Assembly (NCBI GenBank): GCA_902491535.1
Contig: CABUHS010000003.1
Coordinates: 6,426-70,425 of the forward strand
Direction of reading: 5' to 3'
Source of the DNA: an uncultured Eubacteriales bacterium
Lineage (GTDB): Bacteria; Bacillota; Clostridia; Oscillospirales; CAG-272
Length of the DNA stretch: 64,000 bases
The translations under genes were made by a program, and so were the position numbers. Below the pieces are notes generated by a model that saw only the letters and a list, made by a program, of their open reading frames with translations, ran no database searches and had not been told where the DNA came from. The stretch's first letter is position 1. Each line of letters begins with the position of its first letter. Shown here in pieces: positions 1 to 10,462 of the stretch.

Positions 1-303
1 AAGCTGATTGAACGGTTTGCGGAAAGTCTGCGCACGGATGTAAAGGCACTTCAGATATATGTATCCGCTGAGGATGCGGCGGATACAGCGCTTATGTACG
101 GAGCGGTGTCTCAGGCGGTTGCATATCTTGCGGAGCTTATAGAAAATAAAACTGATGTAAGATACGCGAGAAACGCACATACAGGAGTGTACTCCGATTT
201 TCTGTCCGGAAAATCGTATGCGGAGGCGGATATTACTTTCAGCATGCGCTTGTGGCAAATCATATCGCTTGCCGTCCGGGCAATAATGATGTTTTTATCA
301 TAG
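1..303 (+). CDS. C-terminal part of a CDS cut by the window edge; possibly a YtfI/DUF2953-like sporulation protein
   Basis: Frame +1 is open from base 1 to TAG at 301-303. It lies directly upstream of a YtfJ/GerW-like gene, as in the Bacillus ytfI-ytfJ arrangement. The family call rests on synteny only. Confidence 0.4.
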   Translation, partial: KLIERFAESLRTDVKALQIYVSAEDAADTALMYGAVSQAVAYLAELIENKTDVRYARNAHTGVYSDFLSGKSYAEADITFSMRLWQIISLAVRAIMMFLS

Positions 304-430
304 GAATGATCGGCGGTACTGCGGAAATGAACGAACCGACGAAAACGGACTTTACCCGAAAATTCGACAGTGAGTCTCTATAATATATAAATTAAGTAAA
401 AAATATAAGATATATAACGGAGGAATGACT

Positions 431-916
431 ATGGCAGATTCTGCATCAAATCTCTACGAAACGCTTATAAACTCGCTTGAGAGCATGAAGGAGCTTGCAG
501 GTGTTAATACCATTATCGGCGACCCGATAAACACACCGTCCGGAACGATAATAATTCCTGTATCAAAAGTGTCAATGGGAGTTGCATCCGGCGGCCTTGA
601 CTACGGGAAAAAAGATCAGGCAAAAAATCCGCAGGATCAGTCTGCACGCGCGCGCGGCAAGAACTTCGGCGGAGGCGGCGGAACCGGAATTACGGTGACT
701 CCGGTAAGCTTTCTTGTTATCGGGGCATCCGGAAGCGTTGAACTGCTGAATGTCGGTGCGGATATGCCTCCGGCAGGACCTGTCGAGTCGGTTGCGTCGC
801 TTATAGAAAAGTCTCCGGATATTCTCTCCAGGCTCAAAAATGTGATCTCGAGCATGAAAAAAGATAAAAATGACGTTCAGGACGCCGATACTTCTGCACA
901 GGAAAAAGATCTTTGA
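431..916 (+). CDS. ytfJ: Sporulation protein YtfJ / GerW family
   Basis: NTIIGDPINTPSGTIIIPVSKVSMGVASGG and a Gly-run followed by GITVTPVSFLVI fit the GerW/YtfJ pattern. GGAGG at 418-422 favours ATG 431 over the ORF-track ATG 425. Confidence 0.75.
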   Translation: MADSASNLYETLINSLESMKELAGVNTIIGDPINTPSGTIIIPVSKVSMGVASGGLDYGKKDQAKNPQDQSARARGKNFGGGGGTGITVTPVSFLVIGASGSVELLNVGADMPPAGPVESVASLIEKSPDILSRLKNVISSMKKDKNDVQDADTSAQEKDL

Positions 917-1207
917 TAATAAAAAGAAAATAAAGATCAGGTAAATACCGGATAATTTTGACGTAATTGGATTCAGGACACTTTACCGCATTGTTCAGAA
1001 GTTGCCGAAAATTATACTTTGCGATGTTTATGAATTATTGCAGTTTTTAAATTATTCAGGACATATAAACTTTCGCTTTAAAGGAATATGTGAGCTTTTT
1101 TCGGCATATCCATACACCAGACAATTTTAAAAATCGGACGGTGTTTGATCTTGAATAAGCTGAACAGAACGGAAAATAACAAAAGAATAATAACGACAGA
1201 CAAAAAT

Positions 1208-2584
1208 ATGCAGCGCACACGTTCGCAGGCGTTTATTACTGCGGCTGCGGCCGCAGTAACGCTGTGTGCTGTACTGCTGTCTTATGCTGCGCTGTCTTTC
1301 TGTGCGGCACTTGTTACAGAGCAAGCCGGCGGCAGCAGAAATATGGTATATTCTGCTCCGACGGGTGTGCTGTCAGATTCCTGCGGTGACGGATATATCG
1401 CCGCAATGTCTGCTGCGGGACTTGCATCAGAACCGCGTATAGGGGATGCCGTGTTTACCTCGGGTACTCCGTCAGAGGAGGAAGAAAAGATCCCCGCGCT
1501 TCCGGAACTTGCTGCTTCTGCAAAGGAATATTTCCCTGCACTGTCGGTTTCGGCTGAATGTGCGGCTCTGCTGTGTGCTGATACAGGAGAGCTTCTGTAT
1601 GTTAAAAATGCAGATAACCGTCATCCGATGGCAAGCACTACGAAAATAATGACGGCGCTTGTGGCGCTTGAGAACAGCGGACTTAACGATACGGTACGTG
1701 TATCTCCTGAGGCTGTAGGGGTTATCGGTTCGTCGGTGTACTTGTATGCTGATGAAGAACTTACGATGGAGACGCTTCTTTATGCGCTAATGCTTGAGAG
1801 TGCCAATGACGCAGCGGCAGCTATTGCTATAGCGGTTGCCGGAGATGTAGAAGGTTTTGCCGGAATGATGAATGAGCGCGCGGCGTCTCTCGGACTGGAA
1901 AACACCCATTATGAAAACCCTCACGGACTTGACAGCGCCGAACACTATACCACCGCACGTGAGCTTGCCGCGCTTACAGCGGAGGCGCTTAAAAATGAAA
2001 CCTTCCGCGAACTTGTTTCTACATACAAAAAAACAATCGAAATGCATAACGGCAAAGGAAGCAGGCTTCTTATAAACCATAATAAGCTGCTTAAAAGCTA
2101 TGACGGAGCTATAGGCGTAAAAACCGGATATACATCAAGCAGCGGACGCTGTCTTGTCACTGCTGCGGAGCGGGACGGACTTACATTTATTGCGGTCACA
2201 CTGAATGCTCCTGACGACTGGAACGATCACCGCGCAATGCTTGACGCAGGTTTTGATTTTTATAAGCGTGTTTCGCTTGCTGAGCCGGCATCGGAGAGCT
2301 ATGATATACCGGTTATAGGCGGTACGGAGGAGACAGCGCGCGTGCTTAATAATACCGTTGAATCTGCTGTACTTCGTACTGATGCCGACAATATAAGAAC
2401 AGAAGTGGAACTGCCGAGATTTTGTTTTGCACCTGTAGTCGGCGGAGAGAAGCTCGGCCGGGTATGCTACTACAGCGGAGATACATTGATCGGCGAGACC
2501 GCGCTGTATGCCGAAAAAGATATCCCTGCGGTTGAAGAAAAGACTTCTTTTATCGACAGAATTATGTCATTCTTCGGAAGATAA
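1208..2584 (+). CDS. dacB: D-alanyl-D-alanine carboxypeptidase (peptidase S11, DacB/DacF-like)
   Basis: Three penicillin-binding motifs are present: SxxK (ASTTKIMTA), SxN (ESAND) and KTG (GVKTGYT). An N-terminal signal/TM segment is present. Start is uncertain (TTG 1145 or ATG 1208). Confidence 0.85.
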   Translation: MQRTRSQAFITAAAAAVTLCAVLLSYAALSFCAALVTEQAGGSRNMVYSAPTGVLSDSCGDGYIAAMSAAGLASEPRIGDAVFTSGTPSEEEEKIPALPELAASAKEYFPALSVSAECAALLCADTGELLYVKNADNRHPMASTTKIMTALVALENSGLNDTVRVSPEAVGVIGSSVYLYADEELTMETLLYALMLESANDAAAAIAIAVAGDVEGFAGMMNERAASLGLENTHYENPHGLDSAEHYTTARELAALTAEALKNETFRELVSTYKKTIEMHNGKGSRLLINHNKLLKSYDGAIGVKTGYTSSSGRCLVTAAERDGLTFIAVTLNAPDDWNDHRAMLDAGFDFYKRVSLAEPASESYDIPVIGGTEETARVLNNTVESAVLRTDADNIRTEVELPRFCFAPVVGGEKLGRVCYYSGDTLIGETALYAEKDIPAVEEKTSFIDRIMSFFGR

Positions 2585-2705
2585 AGCATGTGACAGATAT
2601 TTCGCAGTTGTTTTATGTTTTAATGATAGCTTAATCAACATAATAACGGCGGCACGGCTCGGTATGTCTGAAATTGCCATCCGAAAAGGACGGAGCTTGT
2701 TTAAA

Positions 2706-3431
2706 ATGGAAAAAGAAATAAAAATACAGAAATATATATCCGAATGCGGCATAATGAGCCGCCGCGCCGCCGAAAGAGAGATAGCAGCAGGATTTGTAAC
2801 TGTCAACGGAGTTACTGCATCAATAGGCGACCGGATGAATCCGGATCGTGACACGCTTTGTATCGACGGTGTACCTGTAAAACCGCGTACCGAAACACTG
2901 ACGGTTATGCTCAATAAACCTGCGGGATATTTAACCTCTGTTACAGATGACCGGGGAAGACGGTGCGTAACGGAGCTTGTTTCGGAATTTGGAACGCGGC
3001 TTAATCCTGTCGGAAGGCTTGATAAAGATTCAGAGGGGCTTTTGCTTCTTACGAGCGACGGCGAGCTTCTTCAGCACCTTACGCATCCGAGATACAGTCT
3101 GCCTAAAACATATCTTGTGACAGTTGACCGTGCGGTCGACCGCGACAGGCTTGAGCGGCTTCGTTCTCCGATGGTCATAGACGGGTACAACCTGCGTCCC
3201 GTTGAATGCGACGTTGCGGACGGCTCCGGCGGCAAGCGTCTGATAATGGTACTTCATGAGGGAAGAAACCGCCAGATACGTAAGATGTGCGCTCAGGTCG
3301 GACTTTATGTCAAAAAGCTCAAACGCGTTGCCGTCGGAACTCTCGGACTCGGAGGATTGAGACTGGGCGAGTGCCGTGTGTTGACAGATAAGGAGATAGC
3401 ATATCTCCGGCATGAAACCGGGCTTGAATAG
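2706..3431 (+). CDS. rluB: Pseudouridine synthase, RsuA/RluB family
   Basis: S4 domain (KIQKYISECGIMSRRAAEREIAAGFVTVNG) followed by the catalytic-Asp motif GRLDKDSEGLLLLT. ATG 2706 removes the overlap with dacB that the ORF-track start at 2508 creates. Confidence 0.85.
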   Translation: MEKEIKIQKYISECGIMSRRAAEREIAAGFVTVNGVTASIGDRMNPDRDTLCIDGVPVKPRTETLTVMLNKPAGYLTSVTDDRGRRCVTELVSEFGTRLNPVGRLDKDSEGLLLLTSDGELLQHLTHPRYSLPKTYLVTVDRAVDRDRLERLRSPMVIDGYNLRPVECDVADGSGGKRLIMVLHEGRNRQIRKMCAQVGLYVKKLKRVAVGTLGLGGLRLGECRVLTDKEIAYLRHETGLE

Positions 3432-3495
3432 GTGAAAGCATTTTTTGAAGTATGCCGTGAGTTTGTATAAAAACGATGTAATAATTTAATAAGAA

Positions 3496-3535
3496 ATACC
3501 CGGATACGGTCTTTTTGCAGACTGTATCCGGGTAT
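3496..3535. terminator. Bidirectional hairpin between the convergent rluB and ftsK genes
   Basis: 16-bp stem atacccggatacggtc / gactgtatccgggtat with one G-U pair. A/T runs flank it on both sides. Confidence 0.6.
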
Positions 3536-3644
3536 ACGTATTTTCGGTTAATGTTGCTATAATATAAGTATTAACAGTAAAAAATATAACCACCCGCTAT
3601 GTGAACTTGTCAAGTAAAAGTTTAAACAAGCGGATGGTTTTTAT

Positions 3645-6623
3645 TTATTCGGTTTCGTTGTTAATAACCATTTCCATGAATTGCTGGCGCGTTATAAGCA
3701 CTGTTCGCGGTTTCTGACCTTCAGGCGGAGATACGATCCCCATTTCCTGCATACGGTCTATCAGCTTTGCAGCGCGTCCGTATCCGAGTGACAGCCGGCG
3801 CTGTATAAGTGAGGTTGAGATTTTTCCGCTGTCTACAGCAAGTTCTATGGCTGATTTCAGCATCGGATCGAATCCGTCCTCCCCACCGAAGTCCGCGTCG
3901 GACGATCCGCCTTTTTTGTTTCCGGATGATCCGCAGCGCTGAGCTTCCTGCTCTATCTGGTTTATTATTTCATCATCATATGAACCGGTTCCGTAGGTTT
4001 TTCCTATAAACCGTATAATATCGTCTATCTCGGTTTCGCTTACGTATGCACCTTGAACTCGTACAGGCTTTGTAGCCCCGACAGGCGCATAAAGCATATC
4101 TCCGCGTCCGATCAGTTTTTCTGCACCGACCATGTCGAGGATAACGCGCGAATCTACCTGGGCAGATACTCTGAATGCGATTCGCGACGGAATATTTGCT
4201 TTGATAAGACCGGTAATGACATCTGTAGACGGACGCTGTGTACCGATTATGAGATGCATTCCGGCTGCGCGTGCCTTTTGCGCAAGACGGCAGATAGATT
4301 CTTCGACATCATCGGGTGCAGTCATCATAAGATCGGCAAGCTCGTCGATGATTATAACTATCTGCGGAAGTTTTTCGCGGTCTGCGGTACCTTCGGCAAA
4401 TCTGTTATATCCCTTAAGATCGCGCGCGCCTGCTTCTTCGATCAATGTGAAGCGGCGTTCCATTTCGGTTACCGCCCATTGCAGCGCACCCGCCGCTTTT
4501 TTCGGATCACTTACTACCGGTACAAGCAGATGCGGAAGCCCGTTGTATATATTTAACTCTACCTTTTTTGGATCTATCAGGATAAGCTTGACTTCATCAG
4601 GCTTTGCTTTGTAAAGAAGGCTTACAAGCATGCTGTTTATGCATACAGATTTGCCCTGTCCTGTCGCACCCGCTATAAGAAGATGAGGCATTTTGGCGAT
4701 GTCGAGATATATCGGTTCGCCTGCAACATCTTCGCCGAGTGAAGCTGTAAGCTTACTTGCCGCCGATGAGAATTTTTCGTTTGCAACAAGCTCCCTGAGA
4801 TATACAGTCGCAACGACGCGGTTAGGAACCTCTATGCCGACTGCCGCTTTTCCGGGTATCGGCGCTTCAATACGCACTCCCGAGGTTGCAAGATTCAGAG
4901 AAATATCGTCGACAAGCGCTGAAATTGAACGAACGCGTACTCCGGCTTCCGGCGAAAGCTCATAACGTGTTATTGTAGGACCTCTTGATATGTTTACTAC
5001 CTTTGCGCTGACCTTGAAGCTGTTGAGCGTTTCGATAAGCTTCTTTGCCGTACTCTGAAGTTCCTCGCTTATGTCTGTGCTTGCCGGAGCTATCGGCGCT
5101 GACAGAAGCGATATAGGAGGAAATATATATTTGGGTTTTGACAGAGGTTTTGGCTTTTCCGGGAGCTTTCCGAGATTATCCCTCTGAAGAAGAAGCTCCG
5201 GATCCTGCGGTCCGTTGTTTATAAGATCGGTCAGCTCGCGATTGAATTCTGCTGCTCCCTTGCCGTGTTCGTCGCTGTTTGTAAGGAATTTTTCGAGAAT
5301 CTCTTCGCTGATCGGACCGTCCTCCTTCGGGCTGTTTTCGGAACTGTCTATCGGGGCTCGCTTAGAAAAGCTTGCGAGCTTTTCAGCGTGTTCTCCTGAC
5401 GAAGGCTCGTCCATTCCCTCCGCATCGAAAGAGTTGTCCTCGTCTGCTGTCGGATTTATGTCATTTTCATCAAGTGTACGGCAGTTCGGACCGGTACTGT
5501 CAATGTCATCGCTCTGTTCTCCCTGAACTGCGGCTTCGTTCTGCTTTTTGAGTATGTTTTCAAATATTGCAGGATCTACACCGTCGAAACTGTCGGAATC
5601 CTTTTCTTCCGTATTTTCTTGTATTTCGTGTTCACCACTTGTCGCGGATGCATTGATTATCTTCGGAACTCTGCGTTTGCGGCGATCCGGTTCATGCCCG
5701 CAATTGTATTCGTCGGTCGCCTCTGCGTCGTCTATTTCGGTATCTGCACTTGATACGTCAAGCTTTTTACGCGATTTTTTCCGAATCTGACCGTAGTCGT
5801 CTTCGCGCCGCTTTTCCTGTTCGTAAGGATCTGCATCAGTATATGTGCCGTACTGTGCGCGGTCATCGCCGTAATATCGCTGCTCATCTACCCATGCCGG
5901 AGAATTGCGTGCTTCAGATTCTTCGCGCATGCGTTCTTTGCGTTCGTGTATACGGTAGGCGATGTTCAGGTATATTATGTAGGGCGTAAGTCCAACGTAA
6001 AAAATACCGAACAGAAGCACCAGAACGATAGATACAATAACCGTACCGACAGTGCCGATAAGACGGCAGAGCAACATTCCGATAAGTCCGCCTGCCGCAC
6101 CGCCGCCGGAAAGCGCTTTGCCCTGTTCATAGAAATATACTACATCGTCGATTTTCTGTTCAATCATATTTCCGCCGGTAAAAACGTAAAGCAGTACAGA
6201 TACAAACAGTATGAGAAGTATGGCAAATATTATTTTATACCATACGGCTTTATTTTCAAGATCCCGCTTCCAGAAAAAAGCACCGACAAATATAAGAACC
6301 GGAACGAGTACGGCACCTCCGGAGAAAAGACCGAACAGAACATTTCTGAAAAGCGGCCCCATGCCTCCCATGCTTTCCGGCATGGATAGGGAGAGCGCGA
6401 TCAGAAGTGCCGCAAGAACAAGCAGTCCGGGGAACAGCTGAAGAAACAAGCTGTGTTTTTTATTTGCGGTTCCGGCGATCTCCTGTGTCTGTCTCTTGCT
6501 GCCGGACAGAGTTCCGGTATTACTGCTTTTTTTTGTATTTTTTGCCGCTGTGTTTTTCTTTGGCGCGGTTACCTGCTTTTTTTTGCTGTTTGACTTTCCG
6601 GAGGATTTTGTTTTTCCGGCCAT
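3645..6623 (-). CDS. ftsK: DNA translocase FtsK/SpoIIIE
   Basis: N-terminal TM helices, a long acidic low-complexity linker, Walker A AGATGQGKS, Walker B IVIIIDELADL and a C-terminal gamma/winged-helix region (STSLIQRRLSLGYGRAAKLIDRM). Confidence 0.95.
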   Translation of the reverse strand: MAGKTKSSGKSNSKKKQVTAPKKNTAAKNTKKSSNTGTLSGSKRQTQEIAGTANKKHSLFLQLFPGLLVLAALLIALSLSMPESMGGMGPLFRNVLFGLFSGGAVLVPVLIFVGAFFWKRDLENKAVWYKIIFAILLILFVSVLLYVFTGGNMIEQKIDDVVYFYEQGKALSGGGAAGGLIGMLLCRLIGTVGTVIVSIVLVLLFGIFYVGLTPYIIYLNIAYRIHERKERMREESEARNSPAWVDEQRYYGDDRAQYGTYTDADPYEQEKRREDDYGQIRKKSRKKLDVSSADTEIDDAEATDEYNCGHEPDRRKRRVPKIINASATSGEHEIQENTEEKDSDSFDGVDPAIFENILKKQNEAAVQGEQSDDIDSTGPNCRTLDENDINPTADEDNSFDAEGMDEPSSGEHAEKLASFSKRAPIDSSENSPKEDGPISEEILEKFLTNSDEHGKGAAEFNRELTDLINNGPQDPELLLQRDNLGKLPEKPKPLSKPKYIFPPISLLSAPIAPASTDISEELQSTAKKLIETLNSFKVSAKVVNISRGPTITRYELSPEAGVRVRSISALVDDISLNLATSGVRIEAPIPGKAAVGIEVPNRVVATVYLRELVANEKFSSAASKLTASLGEDVAGEPIYLDIAKMPHLLIAGATGQGKSVCINSMLVSLLYKAKPDEVKLILIDPKKVELNIYNGLPHLLVPVVSDPKKAAGALQWAVTEMERRFTLIEEAGARDLKGYNRFAEGTADREKLPQIVIIIDELADLMMTAPDDVEESICRLAQKARAAGMHLIIGTQRPSTDVITGLIKANIPSRIAFRVSAQVDSRVILDMVGAEKLIGRGDMLYAPVGATKPVRVQGAYVSETEIDDIIRFIGKTYGTGSYDDEIINQIEQEAQRCGSSGNKKGGSSDADFGGEDGFDPMLKSAIELAVDSGKISTSLIQRRLSLGYGRAAKLIDRMQEMGIVSPPEGQKPRTVLITRQQFMEMVINNETE

Positions 6624-6896
6624 TTTATATACATTCCTTCCTGTGCGGATAAACGTATCTGCACGTTTTTTGCTGAAAATATCAGATTAATATTAATTTT
6701 GTATCCATGTTTTTCAGAATAGATCTGTGCCACGGTATATTTAATTATATCATGAGACCGATAAAATTACAATAGCTTTGTCCGGCGTTTTTTTCTTCTT
6801 ATCTCGATGCTTTTCCCCTATGTTTGGCTTTTGAATGCAAAAACGGTATGAACGCAAAGACATGAAAAAATAACGGAAAATAATATGAAAATACTG

Positions 6897-6925
6897 TTGA
6901 AATTCCCGCCGGAATATGATATACT
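6897..6925 (+). promoter_or_regulatory. Sigma-A type promoter upstream of mrnC
   Basis: TTGAAA, 17-nt spacer, then TGaTATACT (extended -10). Confidence 0.5.
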
Positions 6926-6980
6926 ATAAACGATTATATTTTAGTATTATAATCATTGCTTAACGTTAATCGAAGATATT

Positions 6981-7442
6981 ATGATTATGCGCATCGGTAT
7001 GCGCACCGCGGAGCTGGCGAATATGATTGAATCAAAAAAATCTGAAAAAATAGAACCGTCCAGGCTCAGCGGTGCGGGACTTGCCTATCTCGGAGATGCA
7101 GTCTATGAGCTTATAGTGCGCGAGCAGCTTGTATGTACCGGAATATCTGATCCCGGTAAGCTCAACCGCATGGCAATAGAATATGTCAAAGCAACTGAGC
7201 AGAGCCGCGCTGTAGCGAGAATAGAGGGGCTTCTGAGCGAGGAGGAGACAGCGGTTTACAAACGCGGAAGAAATGTAAGCGGACTGTCGATCCCACACAG
7301 TGCGAAAGCCACTGAATATCGCAGGGCGACGGGACTTGAAGCTTTGTTCGGATATCTGTATCTTGCCGGAAGGAACGGTCGTTTGCGTGAACTTTTTACT
7401 GCGGCATTCCCCGAAGTGAAAACTGATAAAGACTGTCAGTAA
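6981..7442 (+). CDS. mrnC: Mini-ribonuclease III
   Basis: RNase III-like signature AYLGDAVYELIVRE and a size of about 140 aa. The start may instead be a downstream in-frame ATG (about 7023). Confidence 0.8.
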   Translation: MIMRIGMRTAELANMIESKKSEKIEPSRLSGAGLAYLGDAVYELIVREQLVCTGISDPGKLNRMAIEYVKATEQSRAVARIEGLLSEEETAVYKRGRNVSGLSIPHSAKATEYRRATGLEALFGYLYLAGRNGRLRELFTAAFPEVKTDKDCQ

Positions 7443-7523
7443 CGTACGGCATAACAAAAAGCACCTGTTCCGTCATTTTGTATCGGCGGCTGGAATATTA
7501 AAGACTCTGAGGGAGTGTTGGAA

Positions 7524-8474
7524 ATGTATTATATGGGTATTGACCTCGGCGGAACAAATATTGCCGCCGGAATCGTAAACGACGAATTTACAATTGTAAA
7601 AAAAGGAAGCGTGCCTACGCTTGCAACAAGAGAACCGTCTGATATTCTTGATGATATGGCAAAGCTTTGCCTGAGCGTAATTGAGGAAGCCGGACTTACA
7701 GTCGATGATATAGAGTATGCCGGTATTGCTACGCCCGGAACGGCAAATCATGATACAGGTGTTGTTGTGTATGCCAATAATCTCCCCTTTTTGAACTATC
7801 CGATTGCTGATGAGCTTCGTGCAAGAGTTCCTTTCAAGGCTGTTTATATCGAAAATGATGCTAACGCCGCGGCAAAGGGAGAGGCTGTCGCAGGAGCTGC
7901 AAGGGGAACGTCTAACTCGGTTATGATAACTCTTGGAACCGGTGTCGGCGGAGGAATCATTATTGACAATAAGGTATACTCCGGATTTAACTATGCCGGA
8001 GCAGAGCTTGGACATATGATAATCGTTGCTGACGGACGCAGATGCAGCTGCGGACTTAAGGGCTGTTGGGAAGCATACAGTTCTGCGACTGCGCTCATCA
8101 AGATGACCAAAGAGGCAATGGACAGAAACCCCGATACAATAATGTGGGCTATGTGTAACGGAAATTCAGCTTCTGTAAGCGGGCGTACTGCCTTTAATGC
8201 AATGCGTCAGGGCGATATGGTTGCAGCTGAGGTTATTGATTCGTACATAGACTATCTCGCATGCGGCATTATCAATATCATAAATATTTTCTGTCCCGAG
8301 GTTCTTTCGATCGGAGGCGGTATATCCAATGAGAAGGACCGTCTGCTCGATATGCTTCTCCCCCGTATAGGTATGAGAACATATTCCAGTAACAGCCCGC
8401 ACCGTACTCTTATAAAGATCGCGGAGCTTGGAAATGACGCGGGAATCATCGGAGCTGCCGCTCTTCACATCTGA
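7524..8474 (+). CDS. glcK: ROK-family glucokinase
   Basis: N-terminal ATP-binding motif GIDLGGTNIA. ROK zinc motif CSCGLKGCWEAY. GAGGGAG precedes ATG 7524. Confidence 0.85.
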   Translation: MYYMGIDLGGTNIAAGIVNDEFTIVKKGSVPTLATREPSDILDDMAKLCLSVIEEAGLTVDDIEYAGIATPGTANHDTGVVVYANNLPFLNYPIADELRARVPFKAVYIENDANAAAKGEAVAGAARGTSNSVMITLGTGVGGGIIIDNKVYSGFNYAGAELGHMIIVADGRRCSCGLKGCWEAYSSATALIKMTKEAMDRNPDTIMWAMCNGNSASVSGRTAFNAMRQGDMVAAEVIDSYIDYLACGIINIINIFCPEVLSIGGGISNEKDRLLDMLLPRIGMRTYSSNSPHRTLIKIAELGNDAGIIGAAALHI

Positions 8475-8520
8475 TAGGCGCTTAACCTTACAGCATTTTT
8501 ATAAAGTATAAGAAATGTTT

Positions 8521-8554
8521 TCTCCGAAGCCTTTGTGCTTCGGAGAATTTTTTG
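8521..8554 (+). terminator. Rho-independent terminator after glcK
   Basis: Stem tctccgaagc / gcttcggaga, 6-nt loop, followed by attttttg. Confidence 0.8.
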
Positions 8555-8597
8555 AACCGCCGGGTGCGGTGATATACATAAAAAACGGAGGATATAT

Positions 8598-9725
8598 ATG
8601 ACGGAAAAAGAAATTGCGGAGATACGGCGCAGATATAAGGGAGAAAAAAGCGGGATCTCACGTGTACGCGGCTGTTATATTAACGATAAACGGGAGATCG
8701 TATCCGAGTTTGACCAGTCGCTCGGACTTATGACAGAGGACGAGTCCGAGGAAATGCTCTCGATTCTGAAAAAGACGCTTTCGGGTTCGATCGGTAAAAA
8801 TCTGGCTGATATCGAATTTTCGAATCATCAGGTGCTTGAGGGCGAGCAGCACGGCAGTCTTATGCGGCTTCGGGATACGGCGCTCGATTCCGAAGAAGAT
8901 GTAAAAAAGCTTTACGAAAGAATAATACAGACGGTAAGCTTTGACAGCAGCTATCTTATATTGCTTGCATATGACAGCTATGATGTTTTTTCTTATACTA
9001 AAGACGGACGTAAATCTGACGAATCGTCAACTGTATTTTCATATCTGCTTTGCAGCATATGTCCGGTAAAGCTTACAAGACCGTCACTCGGATATTATGT
9101 CAATGAGAATACCTTCCGCAGTATTGCTTCAAATTCAGTTATCGGCTCTCCTGAACTCGGGTTCATGTTTCCTGCTTTTGATAACCGCACGTCAAATATA
9201 TACAATGCATTGCTATATACGCGCAATATCGCGCTGAACCGCAGTGAATTTTCCGAAGCAGTGTTCGGATGTGATGCTCCGATGCCTGCAGCTGAGCAAA
9301 AGGAAACTTTCGACAGTATACTTAAAGAGACTGTTGACGATGATTGCAGTTATGATGTTATTGCCGGTGTTCGCGAGCGTGTATGCGATATACTTGAAGA
9401 ACATAAGGAGAATAAGGTTGAGGAGCCGTTTATGCTCTCGAAAGCTGTTATGCGTGAGCTTCTCGGAGACAACGGAGTTCCTGAGGAAAAGCTTGATAAG
9501 TTTGAGGAGCGTTATACCGAGGAATTCGGAGAGCATGCAAGGATAATTCCTACTAATGTTATAAGCACAAAGCAGCTTGATATAAGCACTCCCGACGTAT
9601 CGGTGAAAGTAAACCCGGATCGCAGCGATCTCGTTCAGATGAAGGTTATAGACGGTGTAAAATATATACTTATCCGTGCCGAGGACGGTGTTGAGGTCAA
9701 CGGCATTGATATAAATATAAAGTAA
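8598..9725 (+). CDS. Conserved hypothetical cytoplasmic protein (resembles the Clostridial DUF4317 family; unverified)
   Basis: Good RBS (GGAGG, 7 nt before the ATG), 375 aa, no TM segment, own terminator. No catalytic motif recognised. Confidence 0.7.
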   Translation: MTEKEIAEIRRRYKGEKSGISRVRGCYINDKREIVSEFDQSLGLMTEDESEEMLSILKKTLSGSIGKNLADIEFSNHQVLEGEQHGSLMRLRDTALDSEEDVKKLYERIIQTVSFDSSYLILLAYDSYDVFSYTKDGRKSDESSTVFSYLLCSICPVKLTRPSLGYYVNENTFRSIASNSVIGSPELGFMFPAFDNRTSNIYNALLYTRNIALNRSEFSEAVFGCDAPMPAAEQKETFDSILKETVDDDCSYDVIAGVRERVCDILEEHKENKVEEPFMLSKAVMRELLGDNGVPEEKLDKFEERYTEEFGEHARIIPTNVISTKQLDISTPDVSVKVNPDRSDLVQMKVIDGVKYILIRAEDGVEVNGIDINIK

Positions 9726-9772
9726 CGGAAGTATTTAAATATTTGCGCATTCGGTTTCGAGCCGGTGTTGAA

Positions 9773-9810
9773 CCGCAAAATGCTTTTCACGGTATTTTGC
9801 GGCAATTTTA
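9773..9810 (+). terminator. Putative terminator after the 8598-9725 CDS
   Basis: Stem ccgcaaaat / attttgcgg with a 12-nt loop, followed by caatttta. Confidence 0.5.
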
Positions 9811-9833
9811 TATTATTGTTTACAAATATGATT

Positions 9834-9863
9834 TTGACAAAAGGATATAATGTGTGATATAAT
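9834..9863 (+). promoter_or_regulatory. Sigma-A type promoter for ruvCAB
   Basis: TTGACA, 18-nt spacer, then TGaTATAAT (extended -10). Confidence 0.6.
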
Positions 9864-9926
9864 AAACTGATTATAAATTTGTAAAAATTTCCGTTTGTAT
9901 TTGCTTTGCGGAAAGAGGTGTATACA

Positions 9927-10427
9927 GTGAAAATCCTCGGTATAGATCCCGGACTGGCAATTGTCGGATACGGAGTTATAGAATATAAAAATTCAAGATT
10001 TACAACGATAGCGTACGGCTCGGTTCTTACTCAGGCACATACGCCTACCGAGGACAGGCTTGCTACGATATATTCAGATCTTAGCGAGCTTATAGAAATG
10101 TACCGACCTGAGGAAATAGCAATCGAGGAGCTTTTTTTCAATACAAACCAAAAAACTGCGATAACTGTAGCAGAGGCGCGCGGAGTTATACTTCTGTGTG
10201 CAAAGCAGCACGGACTCAGAATTTTTGAATATACACCGCTTCAGGTCAAACAGTCGGTGGTCGGATACGGACGCGCAGAGAAAAAGCAGGTTATTGAAAT
10301 GACAAAAATGATATTACAGCTTACGGAAACTCCGAAACCCGACGATACGGCGGACGCTCTTGCGATCGCGGTTTGTCACGCACATACCGGCGGAAGCAGA
10401 ATAAGCGGATATTATAATTTGAAATAA
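9927..10427 (+). CDS. ruvC: Crossover junction endodeoxyribonuclease RuvC
   Basis: ILGIDPGLAIVGYGV (catalytic Asp) and DDTADALAIAVCHA. GTG 9927 is preceded by GAAAGAGGTG. The ORF-track TTG at 9906 is less likely. Confidence 0.9.
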   Translation: MKILGIDPGLAIVGYGVIEYKNSRFTTIAYGSVLTQAHTPTEDRLATIYSDLSELIEMYRPEEIAIEELFFNTNQKTAITVAEARGVILLCAKQHGLRIFEYTPLQVKQSVVGYGRAEKKQVIEMTKMILQLTETPKPDDTADALAIAVCHAHTGGSRISGYYNLK

Positions 10428-10462
10428 CGCATTTATCCGAATATGTATGGAGGCAGATAAAA